Part shown: positions 63,798 to 64,000 of the stretch, one piece after another
Numbering within the stretch: the stretch's first letter is position 1
Layout of the letters: every line of letters begins with the position of its first letter
Source: Balanoglossus misakiensis
Lineage: Eukaryota > Animalia > Hemichordata
NCBI GenBank assembly: GCA_040954595.2
Contig: CM082578.2
Span: forward strand, 6,433,519 to 6,497,518
DNA length: 64,000 nucleotides
Reading direction: 5' to 3'
Notes under the pieces: model-generated
The model's input: the letters and a program-made list of their open reading frames with translations, nothing else
Database searches by the model: none
Told to the model about the DNA's origin: nothing
Program-made: the position numbers and the translations under genes

Positions 63798-63948
63798 ATG
63801 CATCGGACACAAAGCATGTAAAGGCGACCTGCAGGAAGATGTTCAAAAGTTGATCAGACTGTCGCCGAATATCTCTGACGTCATCGTCGCTCACATGAAG
63901 AGCATGAACTTGACCTGCGTGTACGTAGCGCACCCTACCTTCGAACAG
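63798..63948 (+). CDS. O-fucosyltransferase-like gene, coding exon 3 (gene continues beyond window)
   Basis: TTTTCTCTATACAG acceptor completes Arg (AG+A); open frame CIGHKACKGD...MKSMNLTCVYVAHPTFEQ (VYVA strand of the O-FucT fold); donor CAG/GTAAAC. Confidence 0.8.
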
Positions 63949-64000
63949 GTAAACATTTGTCAGAATTCCGCATCATTTACACATCGACCCACGCCTGAAC

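Noticed and set aside
41275-63948. Functional link between the GT4-NLR and the neighbouring fucosyltransferase-like gene
   Set aside because: Adjacency in an animal genome is weak evidence, and the products are predicted for different compartments (cytosol versus secretory lumen).

Overview
AT-rich eukaryotic (metazoan) genomic DNA with GT-AG introns, many MITEs and decayed LINEs. Gene content suggests a marine invertebrate, possibly a hemichordate-like deuterostome (inference). Supported genes: (1) an intronless orphan rhodopsin-class GPCR (18722-19774, +). (2) A six-coding-exon NLR-like gene of about 2051 aa (41275-51272, +) with only phase-1 introns. Its architecture is: GT4-type glycosyltransferase domain with degenerate catalytic motifs, Pro/Ser linker exons, a His-rich 9-residue repeat, a TRADD-N-like domain, only the helical/winged-helix half of a NACHT (no Walker A/B), then two LRR arrays. 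(3) The 5' part of a type II membrane O-fucosyltransferase-like gene (62021 to window end, +). (4) A probable promoter and first exon of an unidentified minus-strand gene near 5.2-5.4 kb. Also present: a C2H2 zinc-finger remnant behind a 34-bp minisatellite, a ~540-bp intronic duplication and several TIR elements with clean target-site duplications (TSDs). The best candidate for a novel system is the NTPase-less, pseudo-GT4/TRADD-N NLR. All domain calls come from motif recognition by eye; no database searches were run.
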